Assembly (NCBI RefSeq): GCF_009914755.1
Contig: NC_060925.1
Origin: the human T2T-CHM13v2.0 reference genome, Homo sapiens
Direction: 5' to 3' (one strand)
Length of the DNA stretch: 64,000 nucleotides
Under the pieces are notes generated by a model. That model was given only the letters and a program-made list of their open reading frames with translations, did no database searches and was not told where the DNA came from. The translations under genes and the position numbers were made by a program. Positions 15,560 through 28,186 of the stretch are shown piece by piece. Position 1 is the first letter of the stretch. Each line of letters starts with the position of its first letter.

Positions 15560-16995
15560 ATCCCCTGATTGTCTCCATCTGTCAACCAAGGGCTTTCATG
15601 TCACCTTGATCTACCGTCTCCCCTTTAGGTGATCAAATCTCATCTTGAGGCTTCAAAAGCCTTTCTATATCTATGATAGCTAAGTTTGTATTTCCAGCCC
15701 TGGCACCTCTCCTGAGCTACCTACTTGCCATTTCCACTTGGATGGTGGGCTAGAAGCCTTCCACTTGCCTTTCCACATCCCTGTTCACCTTTCTCCACCC
15801 TGACTGAGACCTGCATGCACTACATCAAATGTCAGGCTCCATTTGCATTCAGACAGCAGAAAGCACATATGGGAGCTCACAGAGAAGGAGGAGGGTGAGG
15901 ACAGAGTATTTATCCCATAGCCCCTTCTCTATGGGGTTCTCTGGATCGATGACCTCAAATCTGTCATTGATGAGCCAAATCAGCTCCTGGGAGGCCTTCT
16001 CCAAACAGCTCTTTTTGCCTTTAGGTTCTGCTAGCTGCCCCACCCACCACCTGAGGCCCAGGGTATGGAGCCTATCTCAAGTGCTGCACTCTTCTCGCAG
16101 TTTCCTTACACTCCGTGCTGATTTGATTGTGTCAGCCATTTTCTGCTGTGATTTTGATTCACATAGCCAAAGGAACTCAAATTTAAACAAATCCAAGTTA
16201 AATATTTGATTTCCTCCCTTTTTCTTCGACCCTTTATTTCTCCTCCAGTCTTGTTCATCTTAGTAAATATGCTGCCATTAGCCTAGTTGCTCAAGCTGAA
16301 ACCTTAGGGCCTATACTTGATTCATCTTCCTTTCAAGTCCTAGAAACAGTCAGCAAATCTTACTGATGTTATCTCAGATCTGACCACTTTTCACCACTTC
16401 AGGTATCACCAACCTGGTTCAAACCTCTGTTATCTCTCACCTGGGATTGCCTAATTGTTCTCCCTGCCTCACCTGCTCCCCTACAATGGATCCAATCTCA
16501 ACATGAAAGCCAAAATGGTCCTTTCAAAATGTACCTCAGATTACACCACTTTTAAACCCTCCAATAGCTTCTTGATACACTAAAACCAAATCCTTTACTC
16601 TGACCTCCATGCTTCTACATGGGTTTGAACTGCTTCCATGGCTTATCTTGTTTTTCTGAAACTTTCTTCCCTTGGATATTATCCTGGCTGGTCTCTTCTC
16701 TGTCTTTCCATTGCTATCCCAATGTCTCCTTCTTACAGAGGCTTTCCCTACCCACCAATATAAAGTAGCCCTCACCTTCACCCCATCATGCTGCTCTATT
16801 TTGTTTAAATTTTTTATGCTTATCCCTATCTGAAGTAATCTTGTTTATTTGTATGTCTGTGTATTGGTCTTCACCAACCGCTGCATACACTTCATGAGAG
16901 CAGAGACCTTGTCCACCTTGTTCACATCATCCTAATGACCTAGAACAGTGCTGGTATATAGTAGATGCTCAGAAAATACTTGTTGAATGAATTAA
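15560..16995 (+). mobile_element. L2 segments (interrupted)
   Basis: Ends in the L2 3' signature tagtagatgctcagaaaatacttgttgaatgaat. Confidence 0.6.
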
Positions 16996-17764
16996 TAAAC
17001 CTCGGATTCCCAGAAATTTGAGTCTATTTCAGGCCCTACTGGTTACAAAGATATCACGAGCCCAACTTGAACTAATCAAGGTAGGAAAGTGGAAAAGGAA
17101 GGATGAGGAGCAGTGAGTAGTAGAGTGGAAAGAGCTCTGGATTCTAGCTCTCCCTCTCTACCTGTCACTTCTTTGGTTGCAGGCAAATTACTTATCCTCT
17201 CTGTTCTCTGAGCTATAATATTTAATACAAGCAGTCAGCAACTGATGATTTCTAAGTTCTCTTCTAACATGCCCTGATTCTGTACCAATTGATACTGATT
17301 AACAAGGATTAGCACATGCCTCTTACATTTTAAGAGAATGGTTCTGCTCACCCTGTTGTGTGGGAAACTTACAGTGTCAAGAGTGGCACTTCACCTCTTT
17401 TAATATCATCTGCCAAAACAACATATATGAATGTGCCATCCTTTGAGACTGGAGAAGTTTATAAACCTTGGGCTTGACTCATTTACCGAGCACTTTTAAT
17501 ACATGATTTGGGTTGATTGTCACAACAATTAAAGTGAAGTAGGCAGACCAGGTGCTTCCTGTCTAGTGAGGAAATAGAGATGTGCTCAAGGTCACTCTGG
17601 TGGTCTGGCCCCGTGCCAGGGCTGCAGCCCAGGTCCTCTGCCCTCCACTGCACCATGTCTTCTCTCATGTGATGATTACACTAGATTACCTGTAGCCAGT
17701 GGTAATCTAGCACCAAAAATGTCTAAGGCCTTTCTTTCATAACATCAGATTGTCTCATCCCCAG

Positions 17765-18010
17765 GTAAGAGATGTGAGCTCTGTGATGATGGCTACTTTG
17801 GAGACCCCCTGGGTAGAAACGGCCCTGTGAGACTTTGCCGCCTGTGCCAGTGCAGTGACAACATCGATCCCAACGCAGTTGGAAATTGCAATCGCTTGAC
17901 GGGAGAATGCCTGAAGTGCATCTATAACACTGCTGGCTTCTATTGTGACCGGTGCAAAGACGGATTTTTTGGAAATCCCCTGGCTCCCAATCCAGCAGAC
18001 AAATGCAAAG
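17765..18010 (+). CDS. LAMC1: LAMC1 exon 14 (246 nt), contains the nidogen-binding LE module (NIDPNAV at 17860-17880)
   Basis: ccccag|GTAAGA ... CAAAG|gtaatc; [12 protein letters not shown]...[10 protein letters not shown]...DKCK. Confidence 0.97.
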
Positions 18011-18094
18011 GTAATCAGCCTTTGATCAGATTCTGTCACAGCTAAATGCCCCTTTATTGTGAGAATTCTTGTGTGTCTCTTAAAATATGTATAG

Positions 18095-18447
18095 TTGTTT
18101 AGTCCAATAGAAATACATTGTGAACCGCTTTTGTCTTTTAAAATTTTCTAGTCACCACATTAAAAAAGTATAAAGAAGGACAGTCATGGCGGCTGACACC
18201 TGTGGTCCCGTAAAAAGAAACAGGTGAAATGAATACTAATGTATTTTATTTAATATATCCAACATATGATTTCAATAAGTAATCAATAAAAATTGTTAAT
18301 GAAATATATGTTCTTTCTCATGCTAAGCCTTCAAAATCCAGTGTGTATCTCACGTTTATAGCACATCTCAATTCAGACTCACCAGCCACATTTAAAGTGC
18401 TCAGTAGCCACATGTGACCAGCAGCTACCAACCTGGCAACACAGGTC
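18095..18447. mobile_element. MER3-like hAT-Charlie DNA transposon relic
   Basis: gtccaatagaaata...agccacatttaaagtgctcagtagccacatgtg resembles MER3/MER33. Confidence 0.65.
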
Positions 18448-18531
18448 TAAAGAATCTCTTTAGGTTGTTTATATTTTAGTATTTCTCTCAGGTGATTTGT
18501 GTCTTTTGCCATCTCTGTCTTCCTGCCTTAG

Positions 18532-18685
18532 CCTGCAATTGCAATCCGTATGGGACCATGAAGCAGCAGAGCAGCTGTAACCCCGTGACGGGGCAGTGTG
18601 AATGTTTGCCTCACGTGACTGGCCAGGACTGTGGTGCTTGTGACCCTGGATTCTACAATCTGCAGAGTGGGCAAGGCTGTGAGAG
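18532..18685 (+). CDS. LAMC1: LAMC1 exon 15 (154 nt), LE repeat
   Basis: ccttag|CCTGCA ... GAGAG|gtgaga; ACNCNPYGTMK. Confidence 0.97.
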
Positions 18686-18864
18686 GTGAGACATAGGTGC
18701 CTTTGGTGAAAGTAATCTTTGCTTTTTCTGTTATAAAAAATGAATTTTTATAAGTACATTTAATAATTGACTGTTCAGAAATTACTGGAGCGCCTAATGT
18801 AGGCAAGGCATCCTTCAGGGGCAGTGCTGGAGAATTGTAATAAAGCTAATGAAAGAAAGGAGTG

Positions 18865-18990
18865 GAGCACAGTGGCCCCAGCTGTGCCAGAATCACCTGA
18901 GCAACCTTTTAAAAGCACAAATTGCCGGGTCCTTTCTGAGGCACTTAGAATCAGACCCTTCAGGGTTGCAGCCTGGGAACTTCTGTTTTC
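18865..18990. mobile_element. MER5-like fragment
   Basis: agaatcacctgagcaaccttttaaaa...gaatcagac motif. Confidence 0.5.
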
Positions 18991-19252
18991 AAAGCTGCTA
19001 CTTAGTGTCCATACAGTCCCAGGTTGGAGAGCACTGGTAGCAGTTAAATTAGGAAAAGAGGTTCTGAATAGCACTCATGAAAATTACTTGAACCTTAGGG
19101 GCTTAATAACCCTTAACATTCCATCTTAGTAACCCTTACCATTCAGTTTTCTGATACAAGTTACAAATTACATCAGTGCTATACTAAAAAAAAAAAAGTT
19201 GTGCTTAAAGTCTGTTTTTCTTGCCTGAGAAGTGTCCTGTGTTCATTTTCAG

Positions 19253-19395
19253 GTGTGACTGCCATGCCTTGGGCTCCACCAATGGGCAGTGTGACATCCG
19301 CACCGGCCAGTGTGAGTGCCAGCCCGGCATCACTGGTCAGCACTGTGAGCGCTGTGAGGTCAACCACTTTGGGTTTGGACCTGAAGGCTGCAAAC
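19253..19395 (+). CDS. LAMC1: LAMC1 exon 16 (143 nt), LE repeat
   Basis: tttcag|GTGTGA ... CAAAC|gtaagg; CDCHALGSTNGQC. Confidence 0.97.
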
Positions 19396-20361
19396 GTAAG
19401 GGGTGTTGGTGGCATACAACTCTAAGCTTCCACTAATTCCAGTTAGTGTCTTAAGGCCAGAAAGGACTTTGACAACCTCAGTCTAGCCACTTGACTCATA
19501 GTCAGGGCTGTACCTAAGTCATCGTAGATGCTTTATTTGAAGAATATTATCCATTTCTAAAACTCTGCAGATCAAAGCCTTCTCTGGTTTCTTCGTATGT
19601 TTTCTTTTACAACGTTTCTGATGCTTCCTTTTTCCAATCTTTTATTTTTTCCAAGGAAGTCTTCCTTTGATTACTGAGCTTTCCCACTGTGGTTCATGAA
19701 ACTTCTTTATTGATTGCATTCTTAGTGCAGATAATGAAATAGTGGAGGATTCTGTTCACAACGTGTTTGTTGACTTGCTGTAGTTGCTTCCCACCCTTGG
19801 GGCCCTTTTGGTATGATTACGTGTAAACATCTGCTTCTCCTTGGCATAAACACTTGCCTGGAATTGGGCCTCAGAACAGATTGGCTTTTGCTTTCTGAAT
19901 TCCTTCATTTCTCCTGTGGAATGTAGCATAAGTAATTGACTCAGTTCAGAGAACACAGTGAATAAACAAACTATAAGATAATGCAAAAGAAGCATTAGCA
20001 TTTGGGTTTTCTAGTTCCTTAGAGAAATATTAAACAGTGGAGAATTGAAGGTAGAGATGAATCCTTGAAGTGCATGAAACGAGCACTGATAGTTTCATAA
20101 CTTCTCTAATTGCTAAGTAACCTGAAGTGTGTCCCAAAGGTTGCACGTTTTACTTTAAAGCTCATTTTGACTTTTAAAAATGTCAGTTTTCTCTGCTAAA
20201 CAGACTTAGCCATTTAAGATCTCATAAATAGTCCTGTTTTTCAAAAAAATTATAATGACAGTATAGTCAGCTTATAGTCAGCTTATTGTTATCAGTCTGA
20301 ATTAAGAGATATACTCTTCCTTCTTTTGCTAATTATGTATTATTTTCTCCTTATTCTGCAG

Positions 20362-20540
20362 CCTGTGACTGTCATCCTGAGGGATCTCTTTCACTTCAGT
20401 GCAAAGATGATGGTCGCTGTGAATGCAGAGAAGGCTTTGTGGGAAATCGCTGTGACCAGTGTGAAGAAAACTATTTCTACAATCGGTCTTGGCCTGGCTG
20501 CCAGGAATGTCCAGCTTGTTACCGGCTGGTAAAGGATAAG
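20362..20540 (+). CDS. LAMC1: LAMC1 exon 17 (179 nt), last LE repeat and start of coiled coil
   Basis: ctgcag|CCTGTG ... ATAAG|gtaagc; CQECPACYRLVKDK. Confidence 0.96.
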
Positions 20541-20554
20541 GTAAGCTGTCAATA

Positions 20555-21420
20555 GTGCATTCATTCATTCATCCAGCAGACGCTGAGTGGCAACTTACTG
20601 TGCACTAATCTCTATAGAAAAAGTGGTGAACAAGATAGATGTGGTCCCTGTTCTTAAAGACTTATGTTTCAGTTGGGAGGCAAATAATAAAAAACAAATA
20701 AATAAACAAAACAAACACTGAGATAAGTGCCAGGAAGAATACAAATGGAGAATAACTGGGGGAAACTACTTTATATAAGGCCTCTCTACAGAATTCATCT
20801 AAGGTGAGATCTGATGGATACAAAGGAATGAGCCGAGTGAAAAGTAATGGTAGGTTTGTTCCAGGCAGAAGGAACCTGGTGTACAGAGGCCTGAAAGCTG
20901 GAGAGTGGCTGGAGCCTGCTGAGTGCAGAGGGTGTGTTCTGTTTTTTAAGACTGGAGAGGTTGGTACGGGCAGGTTATATGGGAACATGATGACCATAGT
21001 AAGAAGTTTAGATTTTATCCCAAATCCAATAAGAATGCATTGAAGAAACTCTTAAAATCTGGGAAATCCAGATTATATTTTAAGAGGAGCACTCTTGACT
21101 GATGTGTGAAGAATGATGGTTAGGAATGGGGCTTAATGGGAAGCCTCAATTGGATTGGATAAATATGCGTGTTTGGGGACAGGATAGGAAAAGAGAAGAA
21201 TAAGGATGTGTCTTGGGTTTTTTGCTTAAGGTAGCTGGAGGCCTTATTTACTGAGATGGAGATTCCTCAGAGAGAATAGAGGTAAGAGGTATAATTTTGG
21301 ATGTTAAGTTTGAGATACCTATCAGAGAGCTGAGTGGAGGTATCACGAAGGTAATCTGACACTCAAGGGAGAGGTCAGAGCTGAAGTCTCATCAGCATGC
21401 AGTCTTTAAAGTCAAAGGAA
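20555..21420 (-). mobile_element. L2
   Basis: cattcattcattcatccagc 3'-end signature and L2 body. Confidence 0.65.
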
Positions 21421-21518
21421 TGGCTCTGAAGGTTTTTTTTGAAGCTGGAAAAATAAACTAGCCACGTCTTCTCTTCAGAAGTAGACATGCATGGAGTGGA
21501 TAGAACTACATATTCATG

Positions 21519-21617
21519 CAGCACACCAACATGGCACATGTATACATATGTAACAAACCTGCATGTTGTGCACATGTATCCTAAAACTTAAAGTATAATA
21601 ATAATTTAAAAAAAAAA
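21519..21617 (+). mobile_element. Severely 5'-truncated L1PA (~100 bp of 3' end) with 17-bp TSD
   Basis: cagcacaccaacatggcacatgtatac...cctaaaacttaaagtataat + A-tail; TSD agaactacatattcatg at 21502-21518 and 21618-21634. Confidence 0.93.
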
Positions 21618-21726
21618 AGAACTACATATTCATGGAGTGCCCATGATTCCTGCAGGAAGTGTGATTGAGTTCTTCAGGAATACTTGTGTGTCCTACCTTT
21701 CCCTTTTCTTTCTTCTTTATGTTTAG

Positions 21727-21883
21727 GTTGCTGATCATAGAGTGAAGCTCCAGGAATTAGAGAGTCTCATAGCAAACCTTGGAACTGGGGATGAGATGGT
21801 GACAGATCAAGCCTTCGAGGATAGACTAAAGGAAGCAGAGAGGGAAGTTATGGACCTCCTTCGTGAGGCCCAGGATGTCAAAG
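21727..21883 (+). CDS. LAMC1: LAMC1 exon 18 (157 nt), coiled coil
   Basis: gtttag|GTTGCT ... CAAAG|gtacgc; VADHRVKLQELESL. Confidence 0.96.
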
Positions 21884-22219
21884 GTACGCATGATTGAACA
21901 GTGCATGACTTCTGTGAGATGGACCAATCTTTAGATGTGGCTCCTAAAGCAAGGTTATTAGTATAGTTTTATAAAATTCTTTCTCAGTTTTTAAACTACT
22001 CGTAGATTATAAATCATTTCATTTTTTAAACACTAATTCAAAAAGCAACCTGACAAATTTACTGCTTTAAGCTACAGTAAGCATAGGGTGATTTTCCAAC
22101 AAATAAAAAACTATTCGATATTCAAATTTCAAGCATTTTATGAATCTGTTCTATTACAAGGTGTCTTAAAATATTAAAATAGTTTTAAAAATCATTAAAG
22201 GCATGCGTTTTCATAAGCT

Positions 22220-22517
<298 letters not shown>

Positions 22518-23472
22518 AAAAATTTTTACATTATCAAATAATTGAGTAACCTTCCAAGCAGGACCACCATATATAGTTAGGCAAGAGTTTGTAGAATGTC
22601 ACCTCTGCACATACATTTGGTAGCCAAGTTCCAAGTTGGTTTTTTCCAAACCTGTATTCATCTTCATTGGTCTTACCTTTGACTTCTCATCTTTTTTTTT
22701 TTTCCCACATTCCTTAGAAAATTTAGACCCCAACACCGAGCATGATGCTGAAATATGAATTGGTCAATTTACTTAATGGTTTTTATATATTAATAAAACC
22801 TCATGATACATGAGAGTTTTAATAATAACAGACTTATATTTATCTTTTGATTTGTTAGGACCTGAGTATGAGATTTAAGTTGAATGAGCATACTAATAAA
22901 GAATAATTTGAAGAACTATTCAAAAACAGAGATCAGTTTGAAAGAAATTACACTGATAATGCTGGCACATGGGGGTGGCAAAAGAGTCTATTTAGTTTAA
23001 AATACAAAATGAGTTTAATTTGTCATACTTCAACTTATGTTTTAAACCTAGTTTTTTCTGGGTTTTGAAAAATGTTCGGCTTTTAGGGCTGGCAGCATTT
23101 TTAACAACATTGTAGATTTATGACTAAATTGCATGTGCTGGTATTAAAGTCAGTCATTCTCACCTTCATTAAACATTCCTTGGGTGTCTTCTCTTTGCCA
23201 ACCACTGCATAAGACCAGCGATATAGTGGTGAGTAAGAAAGAGTTCGTAGTCAAGTGGACAGATGGACGCACGGTTGGAGGTGTGATGAGTGCACAGTGA
23301 AGGACCTACTGGGTGTGGTAAAGGCTGTCCAGCTATGGCAGGGGCTTTGTGGAAACCTGGCAGAAAGTTGCGATGTTTAGAAGAGTAGAGATACATAGGG
23401 CCTCAGATTTCATGTGAGATGATATGATCCTCTTCAGATAATTTACAGACTTTCTTCTGCAAACCATTTTAG

Positions 23473-23678
23473 ATGTTGACCAGAATTTGATGGATCGCCT
23501 ACAGAGAGTGAATAACACTCTGTCCAGCCAAATTAGCCGTTTACAGAATATCCGGAATACCATTGAAGAGACTGGAAACTTGGCTGAACAAGCGCGTGCC
23601 CATGTAGAGAACACAGAGCGGTTGATTGAAATCGCATCCAGAGAACTTGAGAAAGCAAAAGTCGCTGCTGCCAATGTG
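23473..23678 (+). CDS. LAMC1: LAMC1 exon 19 (206 nt), coiled coil
   Basis: ttttag|ATGTTG ... ATGTG|gtaagt; matches ORF 23487..23771. Confidence 0.97.
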
Positions 23679-24021
23679 GTAAGTGATTGCAAACATCTGA
23701 GGTGGGGATGGGGGAGGCCCCTGGGGTTTGTAGCAAGTCTGTTACTGGCAGTGGAGTGCTTCTTCAACTAAATTGACTCCATGCATCTTTTTATTTGTCC
23801 CTAAATATGGGGCAAAAAAGCCACATTGCTCATAGTTGGCATGAAACAGTTATTAAAAACTGGATAAAAACCAAGGGACATCTGGGTTATTTCTCTAGCT
23901 TTGTTCCTTCTATGGAACTAGGCAGTTTAATCTTCCTTTATCCTTTACTGAAAATAGAATCTGCAATCAAGGGTGCTGATATTAAATAAAGATCTCTGAA
24001 AATAAGAAGAGGTATTCTTGG

Positions 24022-24358
<337 letters not shown>

Positions 24359-24432
24359 TTAGTTTTGACTCTTGCTTTATTAAATGTAAATAATTCAGTC
24401 CTTTGAGAATAAGTGCTTTATTTCCTGTGCAG

Positions 24433-24512
24433 TCAGTCACTCAGCCAGAATCTACAGGGGACCCAAACAACATGACTCTTTTGGCAGAAGAGGCTCGAAA
24501 GCTTGCTGAACG
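24433..24512 (+). CDS. LAMC1: LAMC1 exon 20 (80 nt), coiled coil
   Basis: gtgcag|TCAGTC ... GAACG|gtaact; SVTQPESTGDPNNMTLLAEEARKLAE. Confidence 0.95.
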
Positions 24513-24559
24513 GTAACTTCTAGATCCCTGTTTAATGGTTAAGTTGTGGCTTCCGTTAT

Positions 24560-24560
<1 letters not shown>

Positions 24561-24611
<51 letters not shown>
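24561..24611 (+). repeat. (GT)25 microsatellite in intron 20
   Basis: Perfect dinucleotide run. Confidence 0.98.
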
Positions 24612-24612
<1 letters not shown>

Positions 24613-25037
24613 TCTTATCCCATAACCCATAAACACTTTCTACATAACCCACTTTTGCACACTTTGCTCTCTTTTCTAAGATATTATCAGCTGTGTATAC
24701 TCTTTTCTTCCTTTTACTTTGACATTAGAATATTCACTTTGAATATTAGAATACAATGGTTTGAAGACAAATCATATTTATATTTCTCAAAACCATAATA
24801 TTTTTAGATTTTTAACTTATTTAAGACTGTAGTAACTGAATGAAACTAGCAGATTGTTGTTAATAAAGATTAGGCGTGGGATTTGTTTTTAACTAGATAA
24901 ATGATTTCTTGCTGGCATACACAATTTTATATGTACATTACTCTCAAATAATTAAATTTAAAAGTAGTTTTTCTGAAGAATTATAAACATTTTCTCTTAT
25001 AAATGTATACCAATAATTTTTTTGGAAAATATTCTCA

Positions 25038-25470
<433 letters not shown>

Positions 25471-25544
25471 AGCATTACCTAAATTTTACTTATGTCCCTA
25501 TCAGATGGTTGTTTCATGGCTTATTTTTTGTTTTATCTGTATAG

Positions 25545-25682
25545 TCATAAACAGGAAGCTGATGACATTGTTCGAGTGGCAAAGACAGCCAGTGATACGT
25601 CAACTGAGGCATACAACCTGCTTCTGAGGACACTGGCAGGAGAAAATCAAACAGCATTTGAGATTGAAGAGCTTAATAGGAA
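25545..25682 (+). CDS. LAMC1: LAMC1 exon 21 (138 nt), coiled coil
   Basis: gtatag|TCATAA ... AGGAA|gtgagt; HKQEADDIVRVAK. Confidence 0.97.
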
Positions 25683-26045
25683 GTGAGTATAATTTAAAAG
25701 TGGTTTACACCCCTTCAGGTGTTCTGGTAAGTAACACTAGTTCAATGAAAAATTAAATGCTGGTGCATTCAGGGCATACATTCATGCAGTAAGATTTCCT
25801 TTGTTAATCATGCTTTTGAAATGGAAAAGTAAGTAGAGAAGGGCATGTGAAGCCACAGAGATTTGGTTTGATTCAATTACTGTAACTACAGAGAATAGTA
25901 ACAAGATGAGCCATGATACTTAAAATTGTGCACAAATAAAGAAGAAAAAATATAATAGAGTAAGTAGAGGAAACATAATTGAACTACAAATCTTTAAAGG
26001 GTGTCTGAAATAAGAAAGTATATGGTAAGCCATACATTATAGAAA

Positions 26046-26355
<310 letters not shown>

Positions 26356-26550
26356 AAGCCATACATTATAAATAGAAATGATAAAAGAAAATGTAAATAT
26401 GCAAAATGTTGGTATTAAAATGCAAGCATTTTAATGTAGCATTTCCTTTGAGGTTTTGGGCGTATTATCACATGATCGTGTTAATCTGGTTAACATTAAG
26501 ATGCTAAAAGCAGCTAAGATTGTCATTAAACCACATTATTTGTGTCTTAG

Positions 26551-26695
26551 GTATGAACAAGCGAAGAACATCTCACAGGATCTGGAAAAACAAGCTGCCC
26601 GAGTACATGAGGAGGCCAAAAGGGCCGGTGACAAAGCTGTGGAGATCTATGCCAGCGTGGCTCAGCTGAGCCCTTTGGACTCTGAGACACTGGAG
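26551..26695 (+). CDS. LAMC1: LAMC1 exon 22 (145 nt), coiled coil
   Basis: tcttag|GTATGA ... TGGAG|gtatgg; YEQAKNISQDLEK. Confidence 0.97.
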
Positions 26696-26846
26696 GTATG
26701 GGGGCAGCCTGTACGCACAGCCCCACCCCGTCTCTCCCCCAAGTCTATGTGAGAGCCGACTGCTCTGCACCTCCCTCTGTCCTCCCACTGACTCGCTGGT
26801 AAAGTTGAGTCTTATTTCACATACGCTAATAGAACTTACCAAGGTA

Positions 26847-26978
26847 GCCAGATGTGGTGGCTCACGCCTGTAATGCCAACCCTGGGAGGCTGAGGTGGGA
26901 GGATTCCTTGAGGCCAGGAGTTCAAGACCAGCCTGGTCAACATAGTGAGACCCCATCTCTTAAAAAAACAAAAACAAA
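26847..26978 (+). mobile_element. FLAM (free left Alu monomer) with TSD aacttaccaaggta
   Basis: Single left monomer plus A-tail between direct repeats at 26833-26846 and 26979-26992. Confidence 0.85.
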
Positions 26979-27429
26979 AACTTACCAAGGTAAAGAATCC
27001 TGTGATTGTAAACATTAAATAGCAAAGACTACTTTAATGATATGAACAATCACTCCTAAGTCTTTAGTGCAAATCCAAATTATAATAATATATTTGAATT
27101 GCTTAAAGCAGAGTACATGTAGACATTTACTCCCAGGCTCTGTCTAGTAGAGACCTAGAGAGAAATAAGAGAGAATGGTTTAATTAAAAGACTATAGCAG
27201 GATGTTCTGAGGCAGGTAAAATATTTTGGAATTGGTAGGATTTTATTTCATATCTGTACTCTTAATCATGGATTCTCACTCCAAGCTCTGTATAAATGGT
27301 ATTTTTTTTGCATTAAGCTTGAGGTTTACTAAGTTTCACTTCTTATATCTGAGGTGTTGACTTGATTTTTACCATAAAGGTTTAGGTCTCTTTAGATATG
27401 TACAGATTGTCTGATTCTATATATTTATA

Positions 27430-27670
27430 ATTAGAAAATAGGCAGAATTAGTCTATGATGATAAAAATCAGAACAATGGCAGGCACAGTGTTGGAAAGGT
27501 AGAGTAGAGATCAGGTGGAAAGGGAGAAAAGGGAGCTTCTTGGGTGATGGAAATCTGTATCTTGATTGGGGTGTTGGTTATGCAGAAATGCATTTGTCAA
27601 AACTCATCAAACTGTATGTGGATTCTGTGAACTTCAGTGGGTGTAAAGTATATCTCATTTTTAAAAAAAG
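27430..27670 (+). mobile_element. Old L1M 3'-end fragment
   Basis: gggtgatggaaatctgtatcttgattggggtgttggtta...tttgtcaaaactcatcaaactgta. Confidence 0.65.
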
Positions 27671-27804
27671 TCCATAAAATCTTGATCTGTGCAGTTCTTT
27701 TAAAAATATCATTGAGTATTAGGTGTTACAGAGTTCCTAAGCCTACCTTTTCATTAGTTTAAATGTTTTATCCAAAGTGTAGTGATCTTACTTGCTTTTC
27801 ACAG

Positions 27805-27954
27805 AATGAAGCAAATAACATAAAGATGGAAGCTGAGAATCTGGAACAACTGATTGACCAGAAATTAAAAGATTATGAGGACCTCAGAGAAGATATGAGA
27901 GGGAAGGAACTTGAAGTCAAGAACCTTCTGGAGAAAGGCAAGACTGAACAGCAG
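27805..27954 (+). CDS. LAMC1: LAMC1 exon 23 (150 nt), coiled coil
   Basis: tcacag|AATGAA ... AGCAG|gttggt; NEANNIKMEAENLE. Confidence 0.96.
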
Positions 27955-28186
27955 GTTGGTTTGATTTGCAGGTCGCTTCATTTCTTGAGGCAACATTTGA
28001 ACAGTCCAAATGGGTCTGTGATAATGCCGTACTTTCAGAGACAGCAGACCCCAGTGCTGAGAGAGCAGCCTAACAGATTTTATGCTGGCAAGTCTCAGGG
28101 TGGCACCTCTGGAGAGCCTTGTCTGTCCAGGAGACAGAAGGGATTTGCTTTGAGGGTTCATCCTCTCATCTGCCATGTGTTTGCAG

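Noticed and set aside
15829-16209. 126-aa intronic ORF
   Set aside because: No recognisable domain; embedded among L2-derived sequence; length is compatible with chance
24535-24798. 87-aa ORF with a CVCVCV run
   Set aside because: Translation of the (GT)n microsatellite
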